Assembly (NCBI GenBank): GCA_047495785.1
Contig: JBLDXI010000054.1
Location: 496,001-560,000, forward strand
DNA: 64,000 bases
Origin: Lepidodermella squamata
Taxonomy: Eukaryota > Animalia > Gastrotricha
Reading direction: 5' to 3'
Both the position numbers and the translations under genes were made by a program. Each line of letters starts with the position of its first letter. Position 1 is the stretch's first letter. The notes under the pieces were generated by a model. That model saw only the letters and a list, made by a program, of their open reading frames with translations. It ran no database searches and was not told the DNA's origin. Below, in pieces: positions 1-12,079 of the stretch.

Positions 1-246
1 ACGTTTTATATATCAGTTAGTTCTGAGACAGCTATGACGCCGTCGCCGAGGGAAGAAGCGTCCGAATTTGGCTCGGTCACGGGTCAAAAAAATGCGGCTT
101 TCCTCGACCTACTTTACGCGGGGAAGTAAGCCCTAAAAGTGCATCATTTCAAACCAACAGCGGCAACGTTGTTCAGGTATATATCTGGTAGCATTGCACC
201 TCCTTCGTGAATCTTCATGGTGATTTTCTCCACACCATCGCGTCAA

Positions 247-1687
247 TCAGCTAGCTATTTTTGCGACGATAAAAATGACAAAGAATATATCGATTGCAGC
301 TAGAGCACCGAAGAAGAGCATGTCCACGAGCCGACTTTTGTTGGTTCGGAACACACAAACGGATATTTTTCTCGAATACGACTCTTGCGACCCACTCCAA
401 GCGCACGTAACTGCAGCGTAGCATGTAATAGTCATCGATGAAATGATGAGGCCGAAAATCAGATCAGACAACAAAATATTATCCGGTGTTTTGGGAACGC
501 TTGCTAAAACCTGGCTCTGAGCCACGGTGAAAGCAAGGAGGACAGTAACAGCAAAACTAGCTCGATCAGGGCTATCAGGTGGTAGGAAAGCCCCAGCAAA
601 TTGAACAATAGTCAGCACGAAACATGGCGCGACGATGTTTAGAACATAATAATCTGGCACTCGGATTAGCTCGAAGTGGAAAAATATGTCGTGGTAGTGT
701 ATCTTCATGAAAGGCGCAACGGTAGAATATTCACGAGTGTCACCGACTTTCCAGCCGACATTTACTGAGGCGAATTTGCTTTTTTCGATGTCGCTACTCA
801 AGCGTTGAAGTGCTACGGTTGAATTAGACAGCCAGACTTCGATGTTGATATAACAGGATTGTTTATCGATGGGAAATTTCTCGAAGACCATGTCACACAT
901 GACTGTGAACATGCCGCTGAAGGTCAACTGAACCACGCCTTCGAATGGAAATACATTGAGGATGGGATATACATTCTCCAGAAGTCCGTAGTCATTTGCA
1001 CTATGGAGAAAAAGTAGTCTCAAAATTAGGTACTTAGTGGAACCAACGAATCGACAAAACCGCTATTGGCTGGACTAAAACTTGTAGAGGCACGCGATTG
1101 GTTAGATATTCCAGCATCTTAGCGTGTTATTTCTTGACCTGAATTTCCCGGGTTCGACTCGTGGTGACCGAGCAGCGTTTTTCTGATACTTTTTTTTGCT
1201 TTTCAAGAAATAACATGCCAAGATGCTGGAAAATCTAACCAATCGCGTGCTTCAACAAATTTTAGTCCACCCAATAGCGATTTTGTGGATTCGTTGGTTC
1301 CACTAAGTATGAGTAGCAAAGTCGTTACCTGTTCTCATTCACGAATCCCGGTCGCCAATAATCGTTTGTATTAGTGATTGCCCAATAATCAGGTATATCT
1401 CTGGTAGCGTTGTACCTCAGAGTAGCAGTTTTCACGCATTCAGAATGAATTCTCAGGTAAACTAGGCCGTTAATGGTGACTGTCTCTTGAAGATCGTCAA
1501 CGCCGATTAGGTGGCTGTACTGAAACCCGACTTCGATCGGCTGGGGGCCAGCTAATTTGTTATACTCGTTGGGATAAGTAGCGCCTGGTACAAAGTTACA
1601 CTCGGTGAGAACCAGGACACGAATATCATCGTCTCGGCTGATACTCGAGACCTCTGAAATGAAGAGCATCAAAATAAAGTATAACAT
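247..1687 (-). CDS. Cys-loop (pentameric) ligand-gated ion channel subunit, paralog 1; 2 exons (1687-1329, 1000-247)
   Basis: Signal peptide, loop A YWRPG, Cys-loop CDMVFEKFPIDKQSC, four TM segments with M2 DRASFAVTVLLAFTV. GT-AG intron 1328-1001 restores ...NENSANDYG, colinear with the paralog's NDNSFDDYG. Confidence 0.93.
1033..1307. mobile_element. Fold-back MITE (Tc1/mariner-type, TA target duplication) inside the channel intron
   Basis: About 105-bp imperfect inverted arms CTTAGTGGAACCAACGAATC...GATTCGTTGGTTCCACTAAG flanked by TA at 1031-1032 and 1308-1309. Confidence 0.88.
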
Positions 1688-2636
1688 TGCGGTGGATGAG
1701 CTTCAGCAATATTCGCAATGCACATGGGCTCATGCGAACAATCACCGACGCTATTCAGAATTATATTACCGGAAATCAGTCATTTCGAATGCAAACAGAG
1801 TTTTAATGCTACAACATCGATTGCTCGTCATCACACGGGGAAATTGGACAATCGAAATTCTAGTAAATTCACTCATCGCGATAAACAATGTTAGTTGTAT
1901 AATTTCATATGTAATAGCATTTGTTCAGGATATTACCGTACACTGATTTGCTGCCTTTTTAGAGCTGTATCTGTGGTGAATCATAATCCCTAATATAAAC
2001 GAGCTCGCAAATTAAACAAACTCGATGGAAAGCGCAATAAATCTGCGAAATAGCACTCTCACCGTGACACGCAACAATGTCCTGCTACTATGGTCTCAAA
2101 TGCCTGAATTCGAAGTCTAAATAGTGACAGGAAAATGCCTCCAGTTAGAAGGGATTGAGATTCAATTTAAAATTCTCCTTCCCAGCGATTTTTCTACTCC
2201 TACTTCGCTCTATGGCTAAAGACAATTTTTTCGAACCTGTGAAAATTTCATTCTCATTCACGAAAATGTCAACCTGCCAAGGGAAACAGCGTTCCATGAC
2301 TAAAGAGCACCTGACCTTGGCTATCCCCAACGTCCCTTGGCAATCTTGGCGTCAACTAATTTACCTTCCTTATTTTACCTTTTTAGCGGGCTGGCAATTT
2401 CTCTGCTTTATTGTTAGATTTTACGTGGACTTCAGAAAACATGGCTGTGCTTGGGAAAATCTCATGTTATAGATTAGGTCGAAAAAGGTAACTGCCACAA
2501 TAAATACAACAATAGGTCTAATATTTCTAATAGGTCTAATATGCAAAGGAACACAATATATGAAACTAACAGTAACAGTGTTTTTTGATTGGCGAGAAGG
2601 GAACTTAAAGCTGTGGTCCTATCACTGTCTTTCTTT

Positions 2637-3755
2637 TCAGGCCAAAATTGCAAACAGTATCGCCATGTTGAACGTAATCAACAGAACAGCCATGATAGAG
2701 AAAAACACCATGTCAATGATGCGACACCGGCGGAAGCGGCAGCATCCTACGCGGACGTATTTGTTCATGTATTCATCGCCCATAGCATTGCATACAGCGC
2801 AGACAATCGCCGAGTAGATTGTGATCAGCATCGACGCCAAAATTTGACCGAACACCAGGTCCGAGAGGAGAATGTTCTGCGGCGTTTTCGGAACATTCGC
2901 CAGAACTTGGCTTTGGGCTACAGTGAATGCGAGCAAAACTGTAACTGAGAAACTGGGCCGGTCTGGGGCGTCACTTGGGATGAAAGCTGTTGCAAATTGA
3001 ACCAAGGTCAGCACGAAGCAAGGCCCGACGAGATTCAGGATGTAGTAATTGGGTTCTCGCTTCAATTTGAAGTAGAATGTGAAAGAATGATAGAATACAT
3101 CCTCGGTGAAAGGCAGAATATCAAGTGTTTGAGATCGCTCGCCCATTCGCCATCCAACGTTTTCAGAGGACTCCTTTACTACTAAGCTGAAGTAGTTGCC
3201 GACTGAGATAGTTGAGTTCGGCAGCCAAACGCTGATTGCAACGTGACATTGCTGCGTGTCAAATGGGAATTTCTCGAAATTGAGATCACAGGCTACTGTG
3301 AATTTTCCGGAATAGGCAATCTTCACCAGACCTTGGAATGGGAATACTGTAGTAGCCGGGTAGACATTGGTCGTAAGGCCGTAGTCGTCGAAACTGTTGT
3401 CGTTGGCTACTCCAGGGCGCCAGTAGTCATTCACATTGGTCATACACCAGTATGACGGGACATTTCGAGTCGCGTTGTAGCGAATCGCCGCCTCCCGTAT
3501 GCAATCGACTTGGAAGGTGAGCAGCAAGAAACCGCTCAAAGTAACCGTTTCATCAATGTCGTTAACATCGGCCAAACGCATGAAGTTGAACATGACATCC
3601 ATGTTGCTCTTCGAGCCATTTGATCTGTACTCATCAGGGTGAGTGACCCCTGGTAGTACATTGCACTCGGTCAGAATCAACGAGCGAATATCATCATCAC
3701 GGCTCAAGGCTAGAGCGGCAGGCGAGACTAGAAGCAAGATAAATTGAATTATCAT
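2637..3755 (-). CDS. Cys-loop ligand-gated ion channel subunit, paralog 2 (intronless, 372 aa)
   Basis: Signal peptide, YWRPG, Cys-loop CDLNFEKFPFDTQQC, M1-M4; M2-M3 nearly identical to paralog 1. Confidence 0.95.
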   Translation of the reverse strand: MIIQFILLLVSPAALALSRDDDIRSLILTECNVLPGVTHPDEYRSNGSKSNMDVMFNFMRLADVNDIDETVTLSGFLLLTFQVDCIREAAIRYNATRNVPSYWCMTNVNDYWRPGVANDNSFDDYGLTTNVYPATTVFPFQGLVKIAYSGKFTVACDLNFEKFPFDTQQCHVAISVWLPNSTISVGNYFSLVVKESSENVGWRMGERSQTLDILPFTEDVFYHSFTFYFKLKREPNYYILNLVGPCFVLTLVQFATAFIPSDAPDRPSFSVTVLLAFTVAQSQVLANVPKTPQNILLSDLVFGQILASMLITIYSAIVCAVCNAMGDEYMNKYVRVGCCRFRRCRIIDMVFFSIMAVLLITFNMAILFAILA

Positions 3756-4438
3756 TTTTTTTAATATTACACTATGCGTTTACGGTGAATGTATGAACTG
3801 GCAGAAGCAATGTTTGCTCAGCCGGTCACAATTTTGTGAGCGGAAATTGGCAAAGTTAACATGTTTTCACATAAGATGCAAGTTTATTCTCTGGAATATT
3901 CTGGATGATCAGGTCATGCAAAAATGTCTCTTTTTTGACCGGGAAATACTCGAATGAATCAGTAGCCCTACTTCAGTAAATAGTTAGAGGTAAAATGAAC
4001 ATTTGGGGTTAATAGGATTAGCGTATGGAGGAGATTGAAGTCATATTTTTTCCCTCCGACCATCAACTTTGGTACTTCAGGATAATAGCACCACCCGAGG
4101 CATTGCACACGCATGGCCAACTAATTGATGTGCCATTGAATATTCTAGTAGGAGGGTAAATTGATATCTTTCTGCTGCAGTCCTGTAATTTGCAATATAA
4201 TATTAGCAAACACGTATTGTCAAACAAAACGTATCAATAATTTATTCATTGTAATGAATGTCTTAGTGGGTGAAAATATTTCAAGAAGAAATGTTTAAAA
4301 ATCAAGTCAGCAAAAAGATGAGCCCATTTACCTTATGCCTGGACGACAGTGTAGAAAGTAGGAAGACGTCCAAGGTACGGATATCGACGCCATCGGTGAC
4401 AAATCCACAGGGGGGCCTTACACTTATGTTATTTATAA

Positions 4439-6769
4439 TCAAAGCCCGGGTGCTAAAGATGACCGTCTCTGGGGGGCGAGAAGAACACTGTTTCGTTGAA
4501 CTAATCGACTTTCACTATAAGCAGGTGTCAAAAAGCCACTAGGCCTAGCAGCATTCTCGGGAACAGTTGCACTCCAGTAAAAGACGAGGTGAGATATGAA
4601 GAAAACCAAGCCATTCGCTATTGAATAAGCCGCTATTACTGAAAATTGGGTTGCATATGAATGCACTGTAAACATGGATGCAAGTATCGCCAAGGTAAGA
4701 GGGAAACTTATGTACAAGCTTAGTTTTGCCGCAGAAATATCGCTGATGAATACATGCCTCGACCTATTCTTGCCCAATAGAGAGATGAAGAAGCCGAGAA
4801 AGCAAAACATAACTTGGATGGCCAAGACGATTTTCCCAAGGTAGAAATCATCGACGATTTCGCATTCGTACCAAACAGATTGATGAATCTCTTCAGCCTT
4901 AAGAACATCGATTTCGATTGACTTGAGAACTATCACTTGTTCAACATTAAATCCTGACATTAGAAAAGCGGCTAGGAGTAGGCCAAAGTTTGGAATGGCC
5001 CATATCATGAGACCAGCTATCATTTCAAGTCGAATTTTGGGCAGTTCGCTGATTTTCCCATAGGTTTTAGCTGAAGATGCTGTCCATATTTTCGTCACAA
5101 CTCCACCTAAAGATAACGAAGACCCCAGTAAGATCAGAAATGGCGTAGCCTTACAAAATGTTGCAGAATCTAACCTCCCAGAGCCTGGGTATAGTAACAG
5201 AGGAACCAGCTGCAAAATCAAGCCAATTACAGCCATTGAATTCAACAGTGGACAGGAATCCTTAATCTTTGGATTTTCAGCATATTTCCGCATTGAAATT
5301 AAAGCTGTAATCAATGAAATTATTAGTAGACATGAAATAGCTTGAACCGGATATACAATCCAGCTTGAAATGTGATACAAATCGGAAACAAGCCTAGGTT
5401 GACTCTTTGGCGCTTTGCCATTCGAAGTGCGCCAAGTGAAGTTCGAAACAAAATCCATTACTCCCTGCCGTCTATTGTGGACTACGACGAGTTGCCGCGA
5501 TCCCTCGAAGACCTGATCGATAACATTGTTCGGATACATTCCATCGACTATATCTTTATACAAAACATTGCGGCCCCACATTGATGAAATATTGAGAGAT
5601 AGAGCGGAGTCCTTGAAGATTCTCAGTAACTCTGGCCGGCTCAAGCTACCTCTGATAGCTTGGGCCAGGGTCGAATTCTTAGATTTTAGTTTCTTCTCAA
5701 CAGAATCCAGGATGAAGACTGAGCAATGTATCGCTTCGATACATCCAAGGCGGTACAGGAATAACGGGGAGTTAACCAGTCCCTTGGTCATTAAATGCTC
5801 CGTCAATTGGCTACGACTAATTCCTATCTCAGCCACTGCGTTAGGTGTACTTCTCCCAGAGATATCCGTACCAACATTGATCGACCTTTCCGCAAACTCC
5901 CTCACCATCCATAATTCGCAACCCTTAGGACGAGGTAGGCTAGGGGTTGTGATATCAACGTCACTAGGGAAGATCCAAACAATGTTGTTGCCGTAGAATC
6001 CTTTCGAATACGCTGCACAAGCGACGAAAGAGCAGTAGAATAGATAGCAGTTAGCCACTATGATTCTAGCCCCTTTACTCATCAATCGATTGATCGATTC
6101 GCTTGGATCGACCTGGAAGAACTCTTCGCCAAGAATTGTTTTATTCGCCGAGATTACGGCCTTCATGAAATAGACGGCATCGGCGAACGAATATCCAGTC
6201 GTGTCTGATAGAATAGCGACTTTATCCCAGCCGAAATGGTCTAGGAGAGCCATTCGAGTCCACGCATACTCCGTGCTTAGCTGGATGTAGCGATAGACGT
6301 TCGAGTATTTCCTACGATCAGCGAATATCTCGTCCACACAAGCTCCTGGTATGTTTATCAGATCGTAATACTTTGCGATATGGCCAAGATGGCGGCACAC
6401 ATCGGAACAAACTGAACCAGCGAAAATTGGAGGAATCACTGAATCTCCGCTGGAACTCAGGTTAGATGATAAGGTTAATCCTTTAGGCTGGCCATTTTCT
6501 CCTACCATTCTCGAGAATAGGCTCATAGCCTCCCGAACAGCGAGGGCAGGAACACATTTATCGTCGATTATTTCGACTACTACATCGTAGTCCGGTAGAA
6601 TTTTTGATTGGCTATTCAGTTTATCAAGCAATAGCTGGACAGGTTCCGTGCAGATGGGACCCATAGGGATTGTAACCCCGGTCAGAGGAACAATCATTGG
6701 TAAGCGCAGAGTGTACTTTTTCGCATCGCTGAACACAAATGCTGAAAGCAGGAGAAAGAAGGAAATCAT
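4439..6769 (-). CDS. Class C GPCR, GABA-B-receptor-like (Venus flytrap + 7TM, intronless, 776 aa)
   Basis: Signal peptide; VFT motifs (DDKC, GSVCSDVC, HFGWDKVAIL, GARIIV, WIFP); 7TM region with 'LNSMAVIG' and 'TKIWT'; no cysteine-rich domain between VFT and TM, as in GABA-B. Confidence 0.85.
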   Translation of the reverse strand: MISFFLLLSAFVFSDAKKYTLRLPMIVPLTGVTIPMGPICTEPVQLLLDKLNSQSKILPDYDVVVEIIDDKCVPALAVREAMSLFSRMVGENGQPKGLTLSSNLSSSGDSVIPPIFAGSVCSDVCRHLGHIAKYYDLINIPGACVDEIFADRRKYSNVYRYIQLSTEYAWTRMALLDHFGWDKVAILSDTTGYSFADAVYFMKAVISANKTILGEEFFQVDPSESINRLMSKGARIIVANCYLFYCSFVACAAYSKGFYGNNIVWIFPSDVDITTPSLPRPKGCELWMVREFAERSINVGTDISGRSTPNAVAEIGISRSQLTEHLMTKGLVNSPLFLYRLGCIEAIHCSVFILDSVEKKLKSKNSTLAQAIRGSLSRPELLRIFKDSALSLNISSMWGRNVLYKDIVDGMYPNNVIDQVFEGSRQLVVVHNRRQGVMDFVSNFTWRTSNGKAPKSQPRLVSDLYHISSWIVYPVQAISCLLIISLITALISMRKYAENPKIKDSCPLLNSMAVIGLILQLVPLLLYPGSGRLDSATFCKATPFLILLGSSLSLGGVVTKIWTASSAKTYGKISELPKIRLEMIAGLMIWAIPNFGLLLAAFLMSGFNVEQVIVLKSIEIDVLKAEEIHQSVWYECEIVDDFYLGKIVLAIQVMFCFLGFFISLLGKNRSRHVFISDISAAKLSLYISFPLTLAILASMFTVHSYATQFSVIAAYSIANGLVFFISHLVFYWSATVPENAARPSGFLTPAYSESRLVQRNSVLLAPQRRSSLAPGL

Positions 6770-6942
6770 GATGTAGATAAGAGCGTTAGTGACAATACAC
6801 CCATTTTTCCCGCTTGCACACCCTCTGAGCTTTTAAAGTGTCACATAGCACTGATATCGAATTTCTAAACTGTCACAAAGCCTGGTTTTGTCTTAGAAAA
6901 TTGATTTGTGGCTATTCTCGAATCAAAATAATTGTCTTTTAT

Positions 6943-9900
6943 TTAAAAATTCAGTTTTGTAGTTGCTTCTATCCATGGAACTGCAGGACATAAACGAGTA
7001 GTAAAGTTATCTTGGTTGAGAAATACTGCTCGGGTGGGATGTGAGCAGGATTGCGGCGTCACGTGGAGATTATTTGAGAAAGCTATTATCCTGTGAACGA
7101 CCATATCTTGACTCTTTTCATACCTTCCGGTGCATGCCAAAAATGTTGAACTATGCGCTACAGAATTCGATCGCGCATCGTTTTTCTATCCAATTAGCGT
7201 AACATTAGAATTTATATTTGATTTTGTCTGAAACCTCACCTCAGTCCATATTACAGGGCATGTGACGACTGATCCATTAACTTGAGTACTAATGAGTGTC
7301 GCCGCACTAAAACTTGAGCAATCATCCTGAGAATCGGTATTCGCCCGCTTTCGAAGACACTGCGAACGGCCTGGGAGGCAAATTGACGGGAAATCCACGG
7401 CGAAACCAATTCTCGGGCTCAATCGAAGTAAGGCTACGTCAAATGCCCCCAAAGAGCTGGTTGGATCATGAAGAGGGTGTTTGAGGACCTCGGCGATATC
7501 AAGCTCAAATTTGGCATCCTCCAACATCAAAATTGCCTTGATGCTGAAAAGTAAAGAATTATATGCTTTAATTCGGCCACAGGGAAAGCTTACGAGAAAA
7601 ATGAGTTGTCGAAACAACTTGCTGAGGTGAGAATCCATTTGTTGCTCTCAATTACGAATCCATCACATTCTGCGAAGCCGTCCAAATTTGAGATCGTTAT
7701 CTTCGCTAGCCATGGTGGGTATTGTTGAGTTTGAGTTGGAATCAAAGGAACTGATTCGGCATTGCGAGCGTTGCATTCATCAATCGTCGGTATTCTTGGC
7801 GCGACCTTCGGCGAATTATTCCGTTGCGGCTGAACTGCCGAGTTCACAGCCAGAACAGCTGGAAAGGAAAATTCAATTTATGATTAGATTGGTCACAACG
7901 AGACTCACTTGCTGATTTGACTATATCGGCTAATGATTGCCCGTGAACATCGATGCCTTCAAAACTGTTTCCTGTTTCATCCTTTCTATAATTCTTAGGC
8001 ACGTATCGACAGGCCACGTTTAGTTTCTTGAGCTGGTTCAAATATGGCGACTCGTCTATCAGATCTTTGCCTCCAGAGCAACGTAGCATGTTACTGACCA
8101 GCAGAAGTTGATGTTGTGACGTAGCATTCCAATCCAGTGACTCAAGGCTCGGTTCAGTTTGAAAAACAGAGACGGAGCCTTTTCGTAGCATTTCTTCGTC
8201 GTAAAGTGCCCATTCGATGAAAGAGCCAGTTTCGTTGAGAGTAGGAGGACAGGCAGCGAGATGGCATGTTAACAGAAGCTCACTACAACACTCAGCGGTT
8301 GAATTCCCCGCAATCACATACCCCTGAATAGACCAGATATAAATGCTTAGAAAAATAGACAGAACATTAATATACCGTGACGTGAAGGGTGTCGTTGGTC
8401 ATACTCGATTTTGCGGATCTGTGCCTCTTACGCGAGCACAGACTCGAAAACCCAACAGCGACCCGGGCTGAAATAGCTGTAGCGATTGGGTCATATTCTA
8501 GGTTGAACTCCATTTTCGCTTGATCACGCAGATCTGTTGGGGTGAGACGAACAATTCCGGTAGAGCTTATGTTGCATAGGCCTTGCTTAGCAGATTTTGT
8601 CAGAAGACTCGTACCATTGAACTGATATCTGTATCTCACGATTTCAGGGTAATCCCTATTTAAAAATGATATTTGTAATTTAGTAACAAACCAGATTTAA
8701 CACCGACTTACAAAGAAATTAGAGAGGATTCAGCTGTAGGAGCCGCGTCAACTAAATTGAAGTCGTCCTGGTCGAAATTATTGCCAATAATCGCGAAATA
8801 GGAGTCGTAATTCCCACCGTTGTAGTTCGCGCTAGGATCGTAACCGCGGCCAATAATTGTGAGTAATTTGACCGTTTCAACGCCGTGAAGCCTTCCATCG
8901 CTAGACCTATACGTGAGTTTAACTCGCCTTATGCTATTTAGTTCACGAGGGCTTTTCAAGGCTCGCAGAGATGTATTGTAGTTAAGAGGAATAAACATTT
9001 GGTCCATATCGAAATCTCTCGCCTCCACTCCATTAGATGGTGTTACTTCAATTTGAGCTGCCAGTACGGCTGGCTTAACTGAGGAAAGTAAATCGTTCAG
9101 AAATATCAAGGAAATAAAAGGGGATTTTACCTCCTAATTCAAGTTTAGCCACGATGAGAAACACACTTCCATTTTCAGACGAGTCGTAGCACTTCAAAAT
9201 GTAATTCCCGTTAGCGATGTAAGACACGTTACGAAATTGAATCCACAATGGGTCCATAGCAACGTTAGCTGCCGAGAACCCCACATTCACAGAATCAATT
9301 CCTGGGCTATCCATGCAATCGTTTCCAAGTAAGCAAGTTGCAATTCTAAAGGTGTTGTTGGTTGCGATTGGAAGGTAAAGAGAGGGCTTATAACAAGGGT
9401 TAGCCACCAAATTAGCTGTGACTGTGGCCAATTGGCTGTAATAATTTAACCAGCTGGGGCTAACGTTGAATGTAACAAGTTTCACTTCATTCTCAGTCGA
9501 AGGCTTCGCGGTTACCACATCGCTATCCTCAGTAGATTTGCCTTCAATTATTTGCTTGACAGGTGAAATTGGAGGCTTTTTCGGAGGACGTGGTTTGTTT
9601 GAAGCCGCAGGATCTGTTTTGCCCGCTGAGGCGATGTTCACTGGCTTGTTGAGAGTGGGAGGTGGAACCCCATTTTGTGATGAGACATTAACTAACTTGT
9701 TGAGCCTGGGTAGTTCCACAAGTCGCTGAAGATCTGCAGGTCGTCGAAAATCTGATCTTCCCCCAAGATCTGGCAACTCTGAGAACTCTCCGGTGGAAGT
9801 CTCAACATTTTCGCCTGTGACACATGGCTTTACAGCATCTGGATTGTTGATCAGATCTATGCATTCATTTTGCTGATGGATGACGAAATTCGAATCTGGG

Positions 9901-11857
9901 TCGACTACGTCAACGACTGGTGACAACTTGTTTGAATTAGCTTCGGATAGTAGCTTGGCGAAGTATTCCTCTTTAGACGAAAGACGAACATTTCTACGAC
10001 TCGATCGAACGTAAGCTCGGCAAGAAACTGAAAGTCTTTGATTTTGACGACTCCTGACCGCTAACTGCTGGCAGGTTTTCGCGTCAACAGCGAAAATTCC
10101 GCTTCCATCCTCGTCATCGATAATGTTCCCCTCGACATAGGCTGGAGGCTGAAATCAGCCAATGCAATTTGTACGAAAATCAAGGGATAATGAAAATATT
10201 AACCTGTTCTGGGTCGAAAAAGCTCCATTCATAGATAACTTTCGCAAACATGCTGTCAGTTACAGCGAATCTCTGCCTCGGTGGGCATGAGATCGTTCGG
10301 CAAGTGAAAACGCATTGGCACGGCTGGTTAAAATGCTGATTCGCTCGAACTATTCGCATGCTGATTGCAGTTACGATCGGGCCGTAGTCAAGAAACAAAG
10401 CAATTTTAGCTTGATCGACAAAACCCGCTGATCCATCGCTAACTGGTGAGATTTTCGCTGTTACAGTCGCTGAGATATCGCACACTCCTGAGAGCGAAGA
10501 GGGGGTTACTTGGAACACCCTTCTAACAGCTGTGGTGTAGCAGCCCCTGAATTTCATGGAAGATTAGAAGTTTTCCAACGAAGTATTATCAAACTCACTT
10601 ATTTGGCTGGACTAAATCAAGTTTTTCCAAAGGACAGCCCGTTATATTAGCAATGTCCTGAACTAGCTCAATGGACAACTGTTGTCCAGAATCTAGGTCA
10701 ACTGAGGCTGCAACTACTGCAAGGGTAACAGTGTCATCCAGTGACAATTTCGCGTTCGCCTTCATGAAATAGTCCAACTCCCCGGGTCTAATCGCAGGTT
10801 TCCTCGTCAGAATTTCCCATTGACCGTGATTGATCTGCCGATTTTCGTCCGTTTGACCGGACGAGATCATCATTTTCACAGCAATTATAGCCATTAATTT
10901 CTCAATTTTCGACTTCTTCGCAAGCTTCACTGGCTTTGAGAATGCGATTTTCGGGTAGAAAACAAGCCTATCCCGGGGGCATTCGACCTTGTAGAGACCT
11001 TCAGTGATTCGCGATTCAGATTTTAGCTTCAGCCACCGACCAAAGACGTCCATTGTGAATCTTGGGATTTGAGTTGAATTCAACCACGCCTGCGGCAAAT
11101 GACATCGCCTCCGATCAGAGCCCCAAATGCATTGATCAAAAGACCCTTCAGAGCCGAGAATGTGGACAGTCATGTTTGTACAATAGTGAGGTATGGTCGA
11201 ATTTCGAAAGAACTCGAATTTCGCCTCGAAAATACCGCCATTTCTCCTGTTGCCTGGATCAACGCATAGCTGTGCATTTGGATTTTCGTTGCTATCAAAT
11301 GTGATCAGGGATGAATTAGCTGGGTATATAAGCTCAAAAAAGGAGTAACTTCGATCTGTAGCCCTCCAGTAACAAGGATTGGTCGAAATAAGGCTCAAAC
11401 TGCAAAGACCATCGTCGTGCCTCATAGTGAATCCAACGCAGTTTGAACTATCAGCCAGGCAAATTTTGATGCAATTTGTCAAACTAAGTGACATCAGTTC
11501 CGAGGAATTTCTGCATTTCCGATTCCTATGCCGTCGAAAGAAAGGCAACGTCCTGCTGAGTAAATCCTGGTCTGATTTAGCAAAACCATCTGTTATAGCT
11601 AAATTCGAAGGAAGGCCGTCGTAGCAGGAGATCGAGGGTGGGATATCAACTTTGTTATCATCGTGAGCTACGGCAACCCGGTCGAAATCGCTGTAGGCCA
11701 ATAGAGTTTGGTTGAAGTAATCGGGATCGTCGAAAGACGTATAGTCCACAATAGTTTCGGTGAGATTAATAGCTAATGCAGTGGATGGCGCGGCTTCCGT
11801 GTGTTGCAATGATACAAATAGGAAGATAAGTATCAAAAGCCATTGCAATGACACCAT
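6943..11857 (-). CDS. Large secreted modular protein: signal peptide, PAN/apple domain, internally duplicated Ig-like/unknown module, C-terminal degenerate trypsin-like domain; 9 exons
   Basis: Exons 11857-10599, 10546-10204, 10148-9131, 9078-8712, 8656-8376, 8323-7909, 7858-7594, 7543-7240, 7185-6943 join in frame via ~50-bp GT-AG introns. PAN motif CIKICLADSSNCVGFT...CSL; protease-like PWLA..CDG..WILTSASC..DVALLRL..ICLP. Confidence 0.75.
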
Positions 11858-12079
11858 TGTTATAAAGCCACTTGCGTATTTACTAGAGTGGCCAGGCGAT
11901 GACACTACGCGTATGTTTATCAAGTTTTTTCACAAATGAGTCACAGAACACAACAACATTTTTGGGGCTAAAAATAGCTAACTAAACATAGAGCTGGTAA
12001 ACACGTGAGAAAATGGCTGAATAAACAGGACTGTTAGCGGCTGCAATTTCACATGATGTATGATTCCGAATGATGTCAG

